A stretch of DNA of 64,000 nucleotides. It comes from a virus. Lineage: Duplodnaviria; Caudoviricetes. The stretch spans positions 201,110 to 265,109 of IMG/VR virus record IMGVR_UViG_3300043093_000048. One strand, given 5' to 3'. Shown piece after piece: positions 1-10,403 of this stretch; the stretch's first letter is position 1; each line of letters starts with the position of its first letter. The notes under the pieces are model-generated. The model did no database searches. It saw only the letters and a program-made list of their open reading frames with translations, and had not been told where the DNA came from. Position numbers and translations under genes: made by a program.

Positions 1-1087
1 CATTAAACATAATTTTTTCTTGTTGTATTTTTAATTGTTCTGCATTTTTTCTACGATCCCCATCTAATTTATCCTGCTGAACTTTTATTAAAGTATCTTT
101 AAAAGCTTTATCATTAGTCATTAATTCCATCATTTGTTCTTCAGTCATATCAGTATCTTGATATTCATCAACAACTTCTTCAATCTTTTTATCTACTTCA
201 GAAATATTGTCATCATCTTCATTAACAGAAATACCAATTTCTTCAGCCATTTTTTCTTTAATATTATTTTTAGTAATTTCTTTTTCATCAGCTATAGCAT
301 TCTTTGAATTAACTTTTTCTATAAAATTACTTGAAGGAGTATTATTAGATACTTCATTTGTTTCAATACCTTCTTCAGATTTTATAACTTCTTCTAATTC
401 ATCAGAGCTTAATAATAAATGATTAATTCTAATATTGAATTTTTGTTTATTTTTATAAAAATCATCATCTACTGTAAATTTAAAGAATGTTTTATTCTTA
501 GCTGATAAGAATATAAATTGTACTCCTTTAAAATACTCTAAGAAATAGTCAACTCTTTTCTTAATTGCAGTTACAAAGTAATAAAGAAAACTTGTATTAT
601 CAGTAGCATCCATTCCATCTACATTAAATACAATAGCTTTATAATCATATTTAAATTCATTATATTTAACATTAATTTCATCAAAGAAATCTTTCATTTT
701 TACTAAAGGACTCTTTTTAGTAGATTCTTGATTAATTAATAAATAAGGTGTCATATCATAAAATAAATTAAGATTTTTATAACTACTTATATTTTGTCTA
801 CAAAGTAAATTATAATTTACTTTTTCTAAGAACTCTTTATAATGATTTGACTGATTAACCATTTTTCTTATTTTTTTATTATCTGAAACTAATAATCTTT
901 CTCTATAATAGCTTTTATAATAAGCTGGCATAAATATATTTGAATTAATAGTCTCTATAAAATTTTCACTAGTTTTACCAATATGTAGAATTAATTGATT
1001 CTTTCTTAATTCTTTATTCTCACTTGATAAATTTTTAATAGGCTTCTTTATAAGTTTATAATCTTTATATTTATCTAAAACTATCAT
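1..1087 (-). CDS. 5' part of a large late gene running off the window; possibly the N-terminal region of the virion RNAP beta subunit
   Basis: Not in the ORF track because it is truncated. ATG at 1085-1087 (minus) with AGGAGGT RBS; reads MIVLDKYKDYKLIKKP...NLFYDMTPY...QEKIMFN open to the window edge; late-type promoter at 1176-1187. The product guess rests on recalled resemblance to jumbo-phage vRNAP beta N-termini only. Confidence 0.45.
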   Translation of the reverse strand, partial: MIVLDKYKDYKLIKKPIKNLSSENKELRKNQLILHIGKTSENFIETINSNIFMPAYYKSYYRERLLVSDNKKIRKMVNQSNHYKEFLEKVNYNLLCRQNISSYKNLNLFYDMTPYLLINQESTKKSPLVKMKDFFDEINVKYNEFKYDYKAIVFNVDGMDATDNTSFLYYFVTAIKKRVDYFLEYFKGVQFIFLSAKNKTFFKFTVDDDFYKNKQKFNIRINHLLLSSDELEEVIKSEEGIETNEVSNNTPSSNFIEKVNSKNAIADEKEITKNNIKEKMAEEIGISVNEDDDNISEVDKKIEEVVDEYQDTDMTEEQMMELMTNDKAFKDTLIKVQQDKLDGDRRKNAEQLKIQQEKIMFN

Positions 1088-1175
1088 TTATTAACCTCCT
1101 TAATAAAATTATTTTTATTTTATAAATTTAAATTTTAAAAATTAAATAAATTAAATTATATTTTATCTAGTTTTA

Positions 1176-1187
1176 TAATAAAAAGTT
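1176..1187 (-). promoter_or_regulatory. late-type promoter AACT-N6-TA
   Basis: Minus strand AACT TTTTAT TA upstream of the 1087 gene; same motif precedes the other late genes. Confidence 0.5.
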
Positions 1188-1213
1188 AAACAAAAAATTT
1201 AAATACAAAAAAT

Positions 1214-1233
1214 AAATATATATTATTTTTGTG
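1214..1233 (+). promoter_or_regulatory. early (vRNAP-type) promoter AAATATATATTAT-N4-GTG
   Basis: 20-mer identical to 35447-35466; contains the TATATTAT core similar to phiKZ/AR9 early promoters. Confidence 0.75.
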
Positions 1234-1284
1234 TCAAAGTATAATTTGACAGAAAATTTTATTTTATAACGGAGGTCATATTAA

Positions 1285-1602
1285 ATGATTAACTCAAAGT
1301 TAAAGAAATTCGCAGAGCAGATGAATCTTAATGTATTGGATAATGAGGAAACTTATTATCTTTCATTGGATGAAATCAGTATCAATGACTACTTAAAGAG
1401 TCATGTAAAAGAAGATGAAAGTGGTATTTATGCAACAAGTATTAGTACCTCAGATGAAACCCATTCAATTTCATTAATTGAAGATGAAAATAAGAATTTC
1501 GTTGAAATTAATTTCATTGATAATGAAACTGGAAACTATGTCGTTTATTCATTTAATGATGTAATTAACGAATATGTAGAAGAATTAATCGTTGAATTTT
1601 AA
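1285..1602 (+). CDS. hypothetical acidic early protein
   Basis: GGAGGT RBS, 105-aa ORF directly downstream of an early promoter. Confidence 0.8.
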   Translation: MINSKLKKFAEQMNLNVLDNEETYYLSLDEISINDYLKSHVKEDESGIYATSISTSDETHSISLIEDENKNFVEINFIDNETGNYVVYSFNDVINEYVEELIVEF

Positions 1603-1616
1603 GGAGGAAATTAAAA

Positions 1617-2804
1617 ATGATTAAGAAAACTAGTAAACGCACATTCACTGAAATGATTACAGAAGCCGATACAAACAATAATAAGGAGGAAACTAAAATG
1701 GCTGGAAAGAGAATCACAAAGAAGGTTACTAGAACAATTGAACCTGTAGTAGACGAAATCGATGTAACAGAAGAAGATGTTATTGAAGTAACAAAGCCTG
1801 CTAAGACAATTACTAAGAAGCCTAAGACAATCAGCAAGAAGATTGAAATTGATGAAGAAGATGATAATGAAGTAGAAGTAAATAATACTTCAGAAAATGA
1901 AGAAGATGAAGATAATGATATTATTAATAATGAAGAAGGAGATGAAAATTCCTATGATCCAGAAGGTGAAGAAGATAATGAAGAATCTGAAGGAAACAAT
2001 GAAAGCGAAGATTCAGATGAAGATTCAGTTAAAGAAGAAGTTGTAATTAATAAGCCTAAGACTACAACAAAGAAAACATCTGAAAAAGAAATCAGTAATA
2101 AGGAAGAAGATAAGACTGATAAAGTAGATAATAAGCCTAAGCCTAAGACTAAAAATACTGCTAATAAAATTAATAGAGATAAACTTAATGCTTATAACAG
2201 ATTAATGGATAATATTAATGAAATCAGTAAGCTTCCTATGGCTGGACCTGAAAGAGGTCGTCGTCTTTATGATGAAGATTTTGAAGATACTAAAGTTGTT
2301 TCAACAAGAAAATCAAGCAAGGAAGAAAACCTTGATAGATTCGTTGAAGCTCTTGAACTCAATGGTTTAGACTATATCTTTGGAAAGGTTTCTACAGGCA
2401 TTGGAAAGAGAAGAATTGCTTCTCAGATCTATGAGAGCTTTGAAGAAGCTTTCCTTCGTTCAAGTTTCCTTGATAATAATGGATTTGTATTCCTTGGTGG
2501 TTATATTAACGTAGAACATGTTAATGCAAAGCTCTTTAAGAAATTTAAGGATGGTCCTATGAAGCATGACGTAATGAAGCTTGATCACTATAAGATTAAT
2601 ACTGTAAATTGCAATTACAATACTAGTCTTGGAAATAGCTATAAGACAAATGGTTCTTATGATATTTCAATTCCAGTTGATGATAATGAAGATGGAACAG
2701 CTACTATTGCTGAAGACAATCTCTTCTTCAAGAAGGGTGATGTTGTAACTATTAATGACAAAGGAAAGGTTGTTAAGGTTACTAAGAAGAAGACAACTAA
2801 GTAA
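1617..2804 (+). CDS. protein with long acidic/basic disordered N-terminus and possible HU/IHF-like DNA-binding C-terminal domain
   Basis: AAGGAGG RBS; second in-frame RBS+ATG at 1698. The C-terminal helix-helix-strand pattern (KEENLDRFVEAL...ASQIYESFEEAF...FVFLGGYINVEHVNAKLF) loosely resembles the HU fold. Confidence 0.4.
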   Translation: MIKKTSKRTFTEMITEADTNNNKEETKMAGKRITKKVTRTIEPVVDEIDVTEEDVIEVTKPAKTITKKPKTISKKIEIDEEDDNEVEVNNTSENEEDEDNDIINNEEGDENSYDPEGEEDNEESEGNNESEDSDEDSVKEEVVINKPKTTTKKTSEKEISNKEEDKTDKVDNKPKPKTKNTANKINRDKLNAYNRLMDNINEISKLPMAGPERGRRLYDEDFEDTKVVSTRKSSKEENLDRFVEALELNGLDYIFGKVSTGIGKRRIASQIYESFEEAFLRSSFLDNNGFVFLGGYINVEHVNAKLFKKFKDGPMKHDVMKLDHYKINTVNCNYNTSLGNSYKTNGSYDISIPVDDNEDGTATIAEDNLFFKKGDVVTINDKGKVVKVTKKKTTK

Positions 2805-2836
2805 GAATTTATAAATAACAAAAAGTGATAAGATAG

Positions 2837-2870
2837 AAAGGAGAGATTTAAAAATCTCTCCTTTTTATTT
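2837..2870 (+). terminator. intrinsic terminator
   Basis: AAAGGAGAGATTT/AAATCTCTCCTTT stem followed by a T-rich tract. Confidence 0.75.
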
Positions 2871-2891
2871 TTTACATAGGAGGAAAAATAA

Positions 2892-3635
2892 ATGGCTATT
2901 TTTAATATTATTTCAAATAATCAAATTCAGATTAATATGGTTGAGTTCATTAAAGGACAGATTCCAATTAATGAAAAATTTCCTAATCCAAATAGAGGAA
3001 GTAAATTTGTAAATGTCTTTGACAATATGGTAGGTCAAATTGAAGAAGAGATTTATGAAACTAAAGAAGCTCTACACAAAAATGTAAAGTTTAAAAGTTC
3101 TACTTATCAGACTAATGAATCATTGGAAGAATTTGTTGATTCATTTATGTATATTGGTAGCTTACTTGTAGAAGCTGCTAATTATTTTAATGTAGATATT
3201 AATGAAATACTTCTTGAAGAAAAGTTAAATTATGTAAATATTTATAATAATTATGTAAAAGATAATCTTAATGATAGATGTATTCCACATGATGAATTTC
3301 TTTCTCATATTCGTAGAAAAATTTATGATCGTAAATATCATAAAGAAGCTGGACAAGTTCCTGTTAATTATGATACAAAGATTATAGATAGTATTATCGT
3401 AGGTGGATTACTTCCTAGAATAGGAGATAGTGATTCTTCATTCCATAATAAATATCTAGCTTATAAAATTCCAAAGTTTGTTGATAATATGAATCCTTTT
3501 ATGCAAGATTTATTTTTCTGCTATGATAATGGATTCTGTAAATCAGATGATGAAAGAATTAAAACTATTCCAAAGAGAATTTCAACTTTAAATGATATTA
3601 TTAATAAAAAGCAGAACTTTATTAGTTCTCTTTAA
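2892..3635 (+). CDS. putative all-alpha NTP pyrophosphatase (MazG / dimeric dUTPase-like)
   Basis: Acidic helix motifs QIEEEIYE and LEEFVDSFMY match the ExxE...ExxD metal-binding pattern of the superfamily. Confidence 0.5.
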   Translation: MAIFNIISNNQIQINMVEFIKGQIPINEKFPNPNRGSKFVNVFDNMVGQIEEEIYETKEALHKNVKFKSSTYQTNESLEEFVDSFMYIGSLLVEAANYFNVDINEILLEEKLNYVNIYNNYVKDNLNDRCIPHDEFLSHIRRKIYDRKYHKEAGQVPVNYDTKIIDSIIVGGLLPRIGDSDSSFHNKYLAYKIPKFVDNMNPFMQDLFFCYDNGFCKSDDERIKTIPKRISTLNDIINKKQNFISSL

Positions 3636-3644
3636 TTAATATAT

Positions 3645-3692
3645 TATCCCATAAGGCTTAAATTAATAAAGCCTTATGGGATATTTTTTTTT
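3645..3692 (+). terminator. intrinsic terminator
   Basis: TATCCCATAAGGCTT/AAGCCTTATGGGATA stem plus long T tract. Confidence 0.8.
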
Positions 3693-3717
3693 TGGTTTTG
3701 AGAAATTTCTAATTTTT

Positions 3718-3729
3718 AACAAGCATTTA
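3718..3729 (+). promoter_or_regulatory. late promoter AACA-N6-TA
   Basis: AACA AGCATT TA, ~45 nt upstream of the 3774 start; matches the AR9 late consensus. Confidence 0.65.
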
Positions 3730-3773
3730 TACTTATTTTATATAAATTATTTTAAGAAAGGAAGTGAAATTAA

Positions 3774-6700
3774 ATGGCTGGTTATAAATCTAGTAAAGAA
3801 TTGTTAGACAAAGGAAAAAACAATTTAAAAGAAATGTCTGGACAAAATAAAGATTTAAATGAAACTATCGCTAGTTATTCTGAAGAGGAAACAAGATTAA
3901 ATGCTCCTACAAGTTCTAGAATGCAAGCAATAGCTGTTAGTGAAAAATTTATAAGTTCATTACAAGAAACTTCATCTTTAATAGAACAAACTAATTCTAG
4001 TTTAGTTGGTTTTAAAAGTGCTTTAGAAGGTGTTGCGTCACAAGCTACAACAGCTACAAATTGTTTATTAGCTTCTAACTTAGTAAGCTTAACTCAAATT
4101 AATAGTGTATTAAGTGCTTTTAGAGCGGATTTCTTAATAAATAGCTCTGGCGGAAAAGCTGATGGTACAGGTTATTATGATAAAAATCTTTTAACACAAT
4201 CTTTAAGAGATATTAAAATACAAGATAGGGCTGTATTATCAATATTAAAGTATGTAAATAAAGCTGCTAATTATGCTAATAAATCTTCAAATACTGTTAG
4301 AAGCCAACTTGGTAATAATACTATGGCTAAAGATGATGATGAATCAAATGGTATTATGGATAAACTACTTGGTGGTTTAACACAAGCAAAAGGTCTTGCA
4401 GGTTTAGGAGCATTTCTACAATTAGCTCCAGGAAAAGGAAAGGTTGGTAAAGCTTTAAATAAAATAGGTGGTAAAGCTGCTAATTTTGCACAAGCTGATA
4501 CATCTAGTATAGGTGGATTACTTGAATCATTAATGTCTGATAAACAAAAAGCACAAATTTTAGATCCTTTAAAATCTCTTGGTATGGATTTAGGTAATAA
4601 AAATGACCCTTTAAGCCAAATGCTCGGAGATTTTATGAAAAAGAATGGTCTTTCTAAATCTAAAAAAGAAAAAGAAAAAGACCCTAAATTAGTAATGACA
4701 TCATTAGCTCCTTTTGCAGATGATATTAAAGATATGGTTGAAGTAAAAGTAAAAGCTATGCATGCTAGACCAACTTCAATACCTGATTATGCAACTCCTG
4801 TATGGGTTGTTAATAGTGAAGAACAAACAGACTATGTAAAAAATAAAGATAAAACTAAAGATAAAGAATTAACTAATAAAAGAATTGATGAAATATTCCA
4901 AGGTGTCGCCAATAATACTAAAGATAAATTTGGTAATGATTTATTAACTGCTAACTATGGAGAAAATGGTGTTACATACTCTGGCGTATTAGCTGATAAA
5001 TATAGTAAGGGTAAAAAAGCTGTTAATGCTAGAAATGAATTAAATGATAAACAAAAAGCATCACAGAAAAAAGTTTATGACAGAAACCATGAAGATTCTA
5101 GTTGGGTTGATGAAAATGGTAAAATACAAAAAGGTGGAGGAGATTTTAAACAAGCAGCTGAAGAATTTAGTAAAAGCAGAGGTGCTGCTGATAACTCTGG
5201 TATTTTAGGAGCTGCAGGTAGTTTATTAAGCGGTGATACTGAAGGAGCTTTAAATGTAGCATTACAAAGTATAATGAGCGGTGATGGTATCTCTGGTGCT
5301 TTTGGATATGGTAAAGGTTTATTTAATTTAGGAAAATCTGCTTTTGGTGGCATTAAAGGTTCACATAAAGGTGGTAAAAAGAAAGGAACTGGTAGTAAAC
5401 CATATTTAGTACAAGTTCATGATAATGAAAGAATTCTTGGACCAGATAATGTAGCTGAACAAACAGCAATAAATGATACATCTAAAATACTCGGTATGAC
5501 AATTGGTATGTTAAACTATGGTATTTCATTAACACAAATGAAAAATCAGTTATTTATTAAATATGTCAATAAAGAGAAATTTTCTCCTGAAGAATTACAA
5601 ACTAATAATGAATTATTAGGTGCAGATGCTATTGCACAAATAGGTAAAGTATCTGATGCTTCTGAATATTTAAGAACTATTTCAGATTTAAAACAAAAAT
5701 TATCTGGTAAGAAACAAGATAGACAGCTTGCAGAAAGACTAGATGATGGAAAACAAGAAAAAAAGAAATCTTTAAAAGATATAGTTAAAGAAAAATTAAA
5801 AGATGCTGAAAAAAAATTAAAAGATAAAGTTCAAGACTTCTTAGGTCTAAAAGAGGAAGAGGAGAAAAAAGATAAAGAAGATAAAGAGAAAAAAGTAGAT
5901 GAGAAAAAAGATGAAATAGACCAACAATCTGATGCAGAAGTCTCTGAATATCAAGAAGAAAAAGCACAAGAAGTAGAAGATCAAAAAGAAGAAGCTGAAA
6001 AAAATGCACAAGCACAAGTTGCTGCAAATCAAGAAAAAATAGATCAACAAGTAGAAGATCAAGAAAAAGCACAAGAACAAGAAGGACAAGCACAAGTTGC
6101 TGCAAACCAAGAAAGAATAAATCAAGAAGTTAAGCAAAAAATTGAAGAAGATAATGAAAATGCTGAAGAAAAAAAGAAAATAATTGATAAATATGAAAAT
6201 AAAATTAATGAAGTTGAGAAAAAAAGTAAAATGAAAGCTTTAAAAATAAAAATTAAAGGAACTAAAAAAGCATTAAAAGAAAAAATGAAAGGTGTTAAAG
6301 AAGCTTTTGATCTTTCGATGTTAGCTAATATTGATTTAAGTAATCTTAGTATTGATGGTATAAAAGAAATAATAAAAGATAAAATAAATGATATTAAAAG
6401 AAGTTTAATAAATAAATTAAAAGCAAAAGCTAAAATTATTCTTAAAAGTTTAACAAAGAAAAATCTTATAGAAACTTTAAAAACTGAAAAGACTAATTTA
6501 CTTGAACGTATTAAAGGTATGGCTCATAATGCATCCGATATTATAGAAACTATTGGTACTGGTATGGGTGCAGCAGTAGATGCTTTAGAAGCAGTTCCTA
6601 TAGCAGGTCCAGCCTTAAAATTAGCAGCAGGTATTGCCGCAGGTACAGCAGTTGCAGGAATTGGTTTAGCAATTAAAAAAGCTATTGATAAAGGTAAAGA

Positions 6701-9700
6701 AGCTAATGTAAATGCAGATAAAGAAACTAAAAAATTTGAAAAGACAGCAGATAAAGAAAAAAAGAAAGCAGAAAAAGAACAAGAGAAAAAAGATAAAGAA
6801 AAAGAAAAAGAAGAAAATTCTAAAGCTAAAGCTTCAACAACTCAAGAAAAAGAAAAAGATGATAAAGATATAGATAAAACTAAAGATGAATTAGATAAAT
6901 TTAAAACTGATGATGAAAAAAATGGAAAAGCTAAACCTCATAAAAAAGGTGGTTTATTAGGTGCTTTGCTTGGTGGACCAAAAAATGATTTATTACATTA
7001 TTTAAATAAAAATCAAATAAAAGCTTTAGAAACAGGTTCTAAAAGCAAATTTGCTAATTTAATGCTAAAAGATCCTAAAAAAGCAGCAAATATTATATTT
7101 ATGCTTAATGGTGGACCAATGCTTTTAGGGTTTAAAGATACTAAAACAGAAGATTTAAATAATCTTGAGAGTGTTACAGCTACCAATTCTAATTCAAACT
7201 CTAGTTCTAGTAGTAAAAATACTATTTGGTCTAAATTAAAAAATAAACTTAGTCAAAAGAAATTACTTTCTGATGATTTAAGTGATGAAGGATATTCTGA
7301 GAATATTGATACTGCTGCTTTACAATATGAACAAACTAAAAATAGTGCTAATATAATTTCTGCTTTTGCTAGTGGATTAGGTTTTGCAAAATTAGAAGAT
7401 GACTCAGGAACTTCACTATTTACAACAACTATTAGAAAAACAGCACAGCAAGAAGCTTTAACTAAAAACTTAGGAACAGCAACTGCTGCTTCTACAACTT
7501 CAACTGGTACTACTGCTGCTTCTACAACTTCAACTGATGATGATAGTAGCTCTTCAGACAATCGATTTAATGGTAGTAAATATATTGGCTATGATGAAGA
7601 TGGTACTTGGAGTAATAGTACTACTAATAGTGATATTGATAGTAGTGGTTATTTTTCTAAAAGTAATTCTTCATCGTCAAAAACTTTAGTTACAAAAATA
7701 TTAAATAATAACTGGCTTAAATATAAAAATGATAATAATATAACTGATAGTACAACAACTAATGGTAGTTCTTACCCTAGAAAATTTTTAAATTCTGAAT
7801 ATGATAAAATGTATACTGCATTTATTAGTGGTGTTCCTTTTAGTGGAACAACTTCTAAAAATTATATGCATTCTAAATTAGCAAGTTCTATTAGTGAATC
7901 AGATGCTTGGACTGTTCCAGATTCTATTAAAAACTCAGATACAGAAAAAAATGCTGTAAGAGATTATATAAATAAAAAATCTGGAGTTAAATATACTAAA
8001 TATGGTTTAGGTATTTCTGGGTTATATGGATTAGGTGATGAAAATGATGAAGACTTCTTAGATGCTTCAGGATATGCTCTTTCTAAAGGTTACAAAGAAA
8101 AAGATGGTGGTACTTATCCTCAATTTTTTACTGACTATCTTAAAAAAGATAATATCGAAGTAGAAAATGCTGGAAGTGTTAATAAAATAAAAAATAGATT
8201 AGCTAGTGGTAGTCCAGTAATTCTTATGGGTAAAGATGAATCAGAAAACGGTACAACTCCTTATGGAGCAGAACCTCACTATGTAGTAGCTACTGGATAT
8301 GATGGTAAAAATATTAGAGTAGTTGACTCTGAAAGTACTAATGATTATGATATTTATAATGCTGATAAAGTATTAAGTCATTCATCAATTAAATTAGGAA
8401 CTACTAATAGTAAAAAAGGTAAAGGAAGAAAAGTTAGAAGTAAATCTGGAAGAGCTAGAAAAACTTCAAAAAATAAAAAATATGATAATAAAAGAACAGT
8501 TGGTGGTTCTAGAACATATAGTACAACTATAATAAAATCTGCTTCTGATTACGGTACTTCAAGTTCTTCAAAAATTTCTAATAATTATTCAAAACAAAAT
8601 AATTCTTCTAGAAGAGTTAGTAATAATAGAAGAAAGAGTTATTTAAAATCAGGAAAAGGAAAATATGGAAGAGGTTATGTTGAACAAATTAATGCAAATC
8701 CAGAATTATTAAAAGGTGCTCAAGATGGTTGGACTATGTATGGTATCTTAGCATCAGTAACATTAGCACAGTCTATTATTGAATCTGGTTTTGGTACTTC
8801 TAATTTAGCAAAGAATTATCATAACTGGTTTGGACATACTGCTGGATTTGCTAGTGATAAATATATGACTGGTACATATCAAGGATCACATGAATGGGCT
8901 GTATATGCTTCTGATGGCGACTGCTTTAGAGACCATGCTTATGTATTATCTGGTCAATCAGGTAATACTAGATACATGGCTGCAGTAGGCGAAGCAGATC
9001 CTAGAGCTTCTATTACAGCAATTGAAAATGGTGGTTATTGCGAAGGTGATCCAAATTCTTATATTGATAAAGTAATGAATATTATTGATAGTTATAATTT
9101 AACTCAATTTGATGTAGGCGAGTATAATGGTGTTGCAGCAGGCAGTGGAGCAGTAGTTTATTCTAAGACTTGTTGGACTGGTGACTCACGTACAGAACAA
9201 ATGGCTAATTACTTTAGTGATTTAGAAGTATATGCTACAAAAGGTGGACAAACTATTGATTACTTTAATCAACACTATTCAGAAATTTCTGATAAAGAAG
9301 GCTATAATATTTTCTGTTGGTATGGTGTAAATGGTGCAACAGCATCTGGAGCACAAAAGACAGCAGAAGCTTATAATAAATTAGCTACTGACTTAAAAGG
9401 TAAGTCACAAGTATTCGCTGGTACAATCGGTCATTGTCCCAATGGTACAGGAAGTGGTAAAGTAGAAGGCGGTGCAGGGCAATCTATTGAAACACAAAAT
9501 GAAGGTGTTGTTACATTCAATACTGAATTATTACAGAATCTTTCAAGTGATATTATAGTTATTGATACTTATACTTATATTAAAAGTCTTGAAGATAGTA
9601 TGGGTGCAGAAGCTATGACTACAGATAACTTACATTATACTAAAGAATGTAGTCAAAAAATTAGAGAATATGTAAATCAACAAATTCAAGCAGCTTCAGC

Positions 9701-10379
9701 AACTGCAACTACGGCTACTTCAGATGCAGGTGTTGCTATTGGTGATTTATATGTAACATTAGAAGGTTATGTTGATGCTAAAGATGTTTTATCACAATAT
9801 GCTTCTGGAGATGATATATGGGATGGCGTTTCATCTTATAATTATGCGGATAGCTCGGATTATACATCTACCGCTGCTGCAAATTATGATCCAACAAGTA
9901 GTAGTGAAGATGACGAAACATCTACTGCAACTCCAACAGCTTCTAGCAGTTCTTCATCTACACCAACATCTAGTAGTACACCTTCTTCTAGTGATAGCAC
10001 TTCTAGTTCTACTAGTAGTAGTACTCCATCATCTAGTAGTACACCTTCTTCTAGCGGTAGTACTTCTGGTTCTACTAATAATCCTACTACAACAACCACT
10101 ACTACAACTCCAACAGTATCTACGCCAACTGATAGCAATACATCTACAGAAATATATCAAAGTAATGGTACATTATATGTAGTAAATAATATTGAATATG
10201 GAATTAAAGCTAATATAGCAGATATTCTAAAAGAATTTAATGAATTAAATGACATACAAGATGATAGCTTAGATATATTAAATGTAATATATCAAAAATT
10301 ATTAAAACGTAATGGAAAAAGTAAAAATACAAAAATTGATGGTTATGACTATTCTTTAAAGTATAGAAGATTCGTATAA
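3774..10379 (+). CDS. tail-associated polyprotein / lysin A (tape-measure-like N-terminus; C39-like His/Asp half, GH73 glucosaminidase, SGNH hydrolase)
   Basis: Helical/coiled-coil N-half. PVILMG...PHYVVATGYDG...VVDS (~8040-8400). GILASVTLAQSIIESGFGTSNLA..HNWFGH (GH73, ~8680-9120). GDSRT...GVNG...DNLHY (SGNH, ~9170-9690). S/T-rich linker. Confidence 0.8.
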   Translation: MAGYKSSKELLDKGKNNLKEMSGQNKDLNETIASYSEEETRLNAPTSSRMQAIAVSEKFISSLQETSSLIEQTNSSLVGFKSALEGVASQATTATNCLLASNLVSLTQINSVLSAFRADFLINSSGGKADGTGYYDKNLLTQSLRDIKIQDRAVLSILKYVNKAANYANKSSNTVRSQLGNNTMAKDDDESNGIMDKLLGGLTQAKGLAGLGAFLQLAPGKGKVGKALNKIGGKAANFAQADTSSIGGLLESLMSDKQKAQILDPLKSLGMDLGNKNDPLSQMLGDFMKKNGLSKSKKEKEKDPKLVMTSLAPFADDIKDMVEVKVKAMHARPTSIPDYATPVWVVNSEEQTDYVKNKDKTKDKELTNKRIDEIFQGVANNTKDKFGNDLLTANYGENGVTYSGVLADKYSKGKKAVNARNELNDKQKASQKKVYDRNHEDSSWVDENGKIQKGGGDFKQAAEEFSKSRGAADNSGILGAAGSLLSGDTEGALNVALQSIMSGDGISGAFGYGKGLFNLGKSAFGGIKGSHKGGKKKGTGSKPYLVQVHDNERILGPDNVAEQTAINDTSKILGMTIGMLNYGISLTQMKNQLFIKYVNKEKFSPEELQTNNELLGADAIAQIGKVSDASEYLRTISDLKQKLSGKKQDRQLAERLDDGKQEKKKSLKDIVKEKLKDAEKKLKDKVQDFLGLKEEEEKKDKEDKEKKVDEKKDEIDQQSDAEVSEYQEEKAQEVEDQKEEAEKNAQAQVAANQEKIDQQVEDQEKAQEQEGQAQVAANQERINQEVKQKIEEDNENAEEKKKIIDKYENKINEVEKKSKMKALKIKIKGTKKALKEKMKGVKEAFDLSMLANIDLSNLSIDGIKEIIKDKINDIKRSLINKLKAKAKIILKSLTKKNLIETLKTEKTNLLERIKGMAHNASDIIETIGTGMGAAVDALEAVPIAGPALKLAAGIAAGTAVAGIGLAIKKAIDKGKEANVNADKETKKFEKTADKEKKKAEKEQEKKDKEKEKEENSKAKASTTQEKEKDDKDIDKTKDELDKFKTDDEKNGKAKPHKKGGLLGALLGGPKNDLLHYLNKNQIKALETGSKSKFANLMLKDPKKAANIIFMLNGGPMLLGFKDTKTEDLNNLESVTATNSNSNSSSSSKNTIWSKLKNKLSQKKLLSDDLSDEGYSENIDTAALQYEQTKNSANIISAFASGLGFAKLEDDSGTSLFTTTIRKTAQQEALTKNLGTATAASTTSTGTTAASTTSTDDDSSSSDNRFNGSKYIGYDEDGTWSNSTTNSDIDSSGYFSKSNSSSSKTLVTKILNNNWLKYKNDNNITDSTTTNGSSYPRKFLNSEYDKMYTAFISGVPFSGTTSKNYMHSKLASSISESDAWTVPDSIKNSDTEKNAVRDYINKKSGVKYTKYGLGISGLYGLGDENDEDFLDASGYALSKGYKEKDGGTYPQFFTDYLKKDNIEVENAGSVNKIKNRLASGSPVILMGKDESENGTTPYGAEPHYVVATGYDGKNIRVVDSESTNDYDIYNADKVLSHSSIKLGTTNSKKGKGRKVRSKSGRARKTSKNKKYDNKRTVGGSRTYSTTIIKSASDYGTSSSSKISNNYSKQNNSSRRVSNNRRKSYLKSGKGKYGRGYVEQINANPELLKGAQDGWTMYGILASVTLAQSIIESGFGTSNLAKNYHNWFGHTAGFASDKYMTGTYQGSHEWAVYASDGDCFRDHAYVLSGQSGNTRYMAAVGEADPRASITAIENGGYCEGDPNSYIDKVMNIIDSYNLTQFDVGEYNGVAAGSGAVVYSKTCWTGDSRTEQMANYFSDLEVYATKGGQTIDYFNQHYSEISDKEGYNIFCWYGVNGATASGAQKTAEAYNKLATDLKGKSQVFAGTIGHCPNGTGSGKVEGGAGQSIETQNEGVVTFNTELLQNLSSDIIVIDTYTYIKSLEDSMGAEAMTTDNLHYTKECSQKIREYVNQQIQAASATATTATSDAGVAIGDLYVTLEGYVDAKDVLSQYASGDDIWDGVSSYNYADSSDYTSTAAANYDPTSSSEDDETSTATPTASSSSSSTPTSSSTPSSSDSTSSSTSSSTPSSSSTPSSSGSTSGSTNNPTTTTTTTTPTVSTPTDSNTSTEIYQSNGTLYVVNNIEYGIKANIADILKEFNELNDIQDDSLDILNVIYQKLLKRNGKSKNTKIDGYDYSLKYRRFV
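4371..4574 (+). repeat. 204-bp exact direct repeat, copy 1 (within paralogous tail genes)
   Basis: Identical by eye to 11037-11240; lies inside a ~1.3-kb homology (~4110-5380 vs ~10770-12050). Confidence 0.9.
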
Positions 10380-10403
10380 TTATTGAGATAGGAGTGATAA
10401 GAT

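Noticed and set aside
207-422. 71-aa plus-strand ORF
   Set aside because: Antisense shadow of the real minus-strand gene 1-1087; no RBS.
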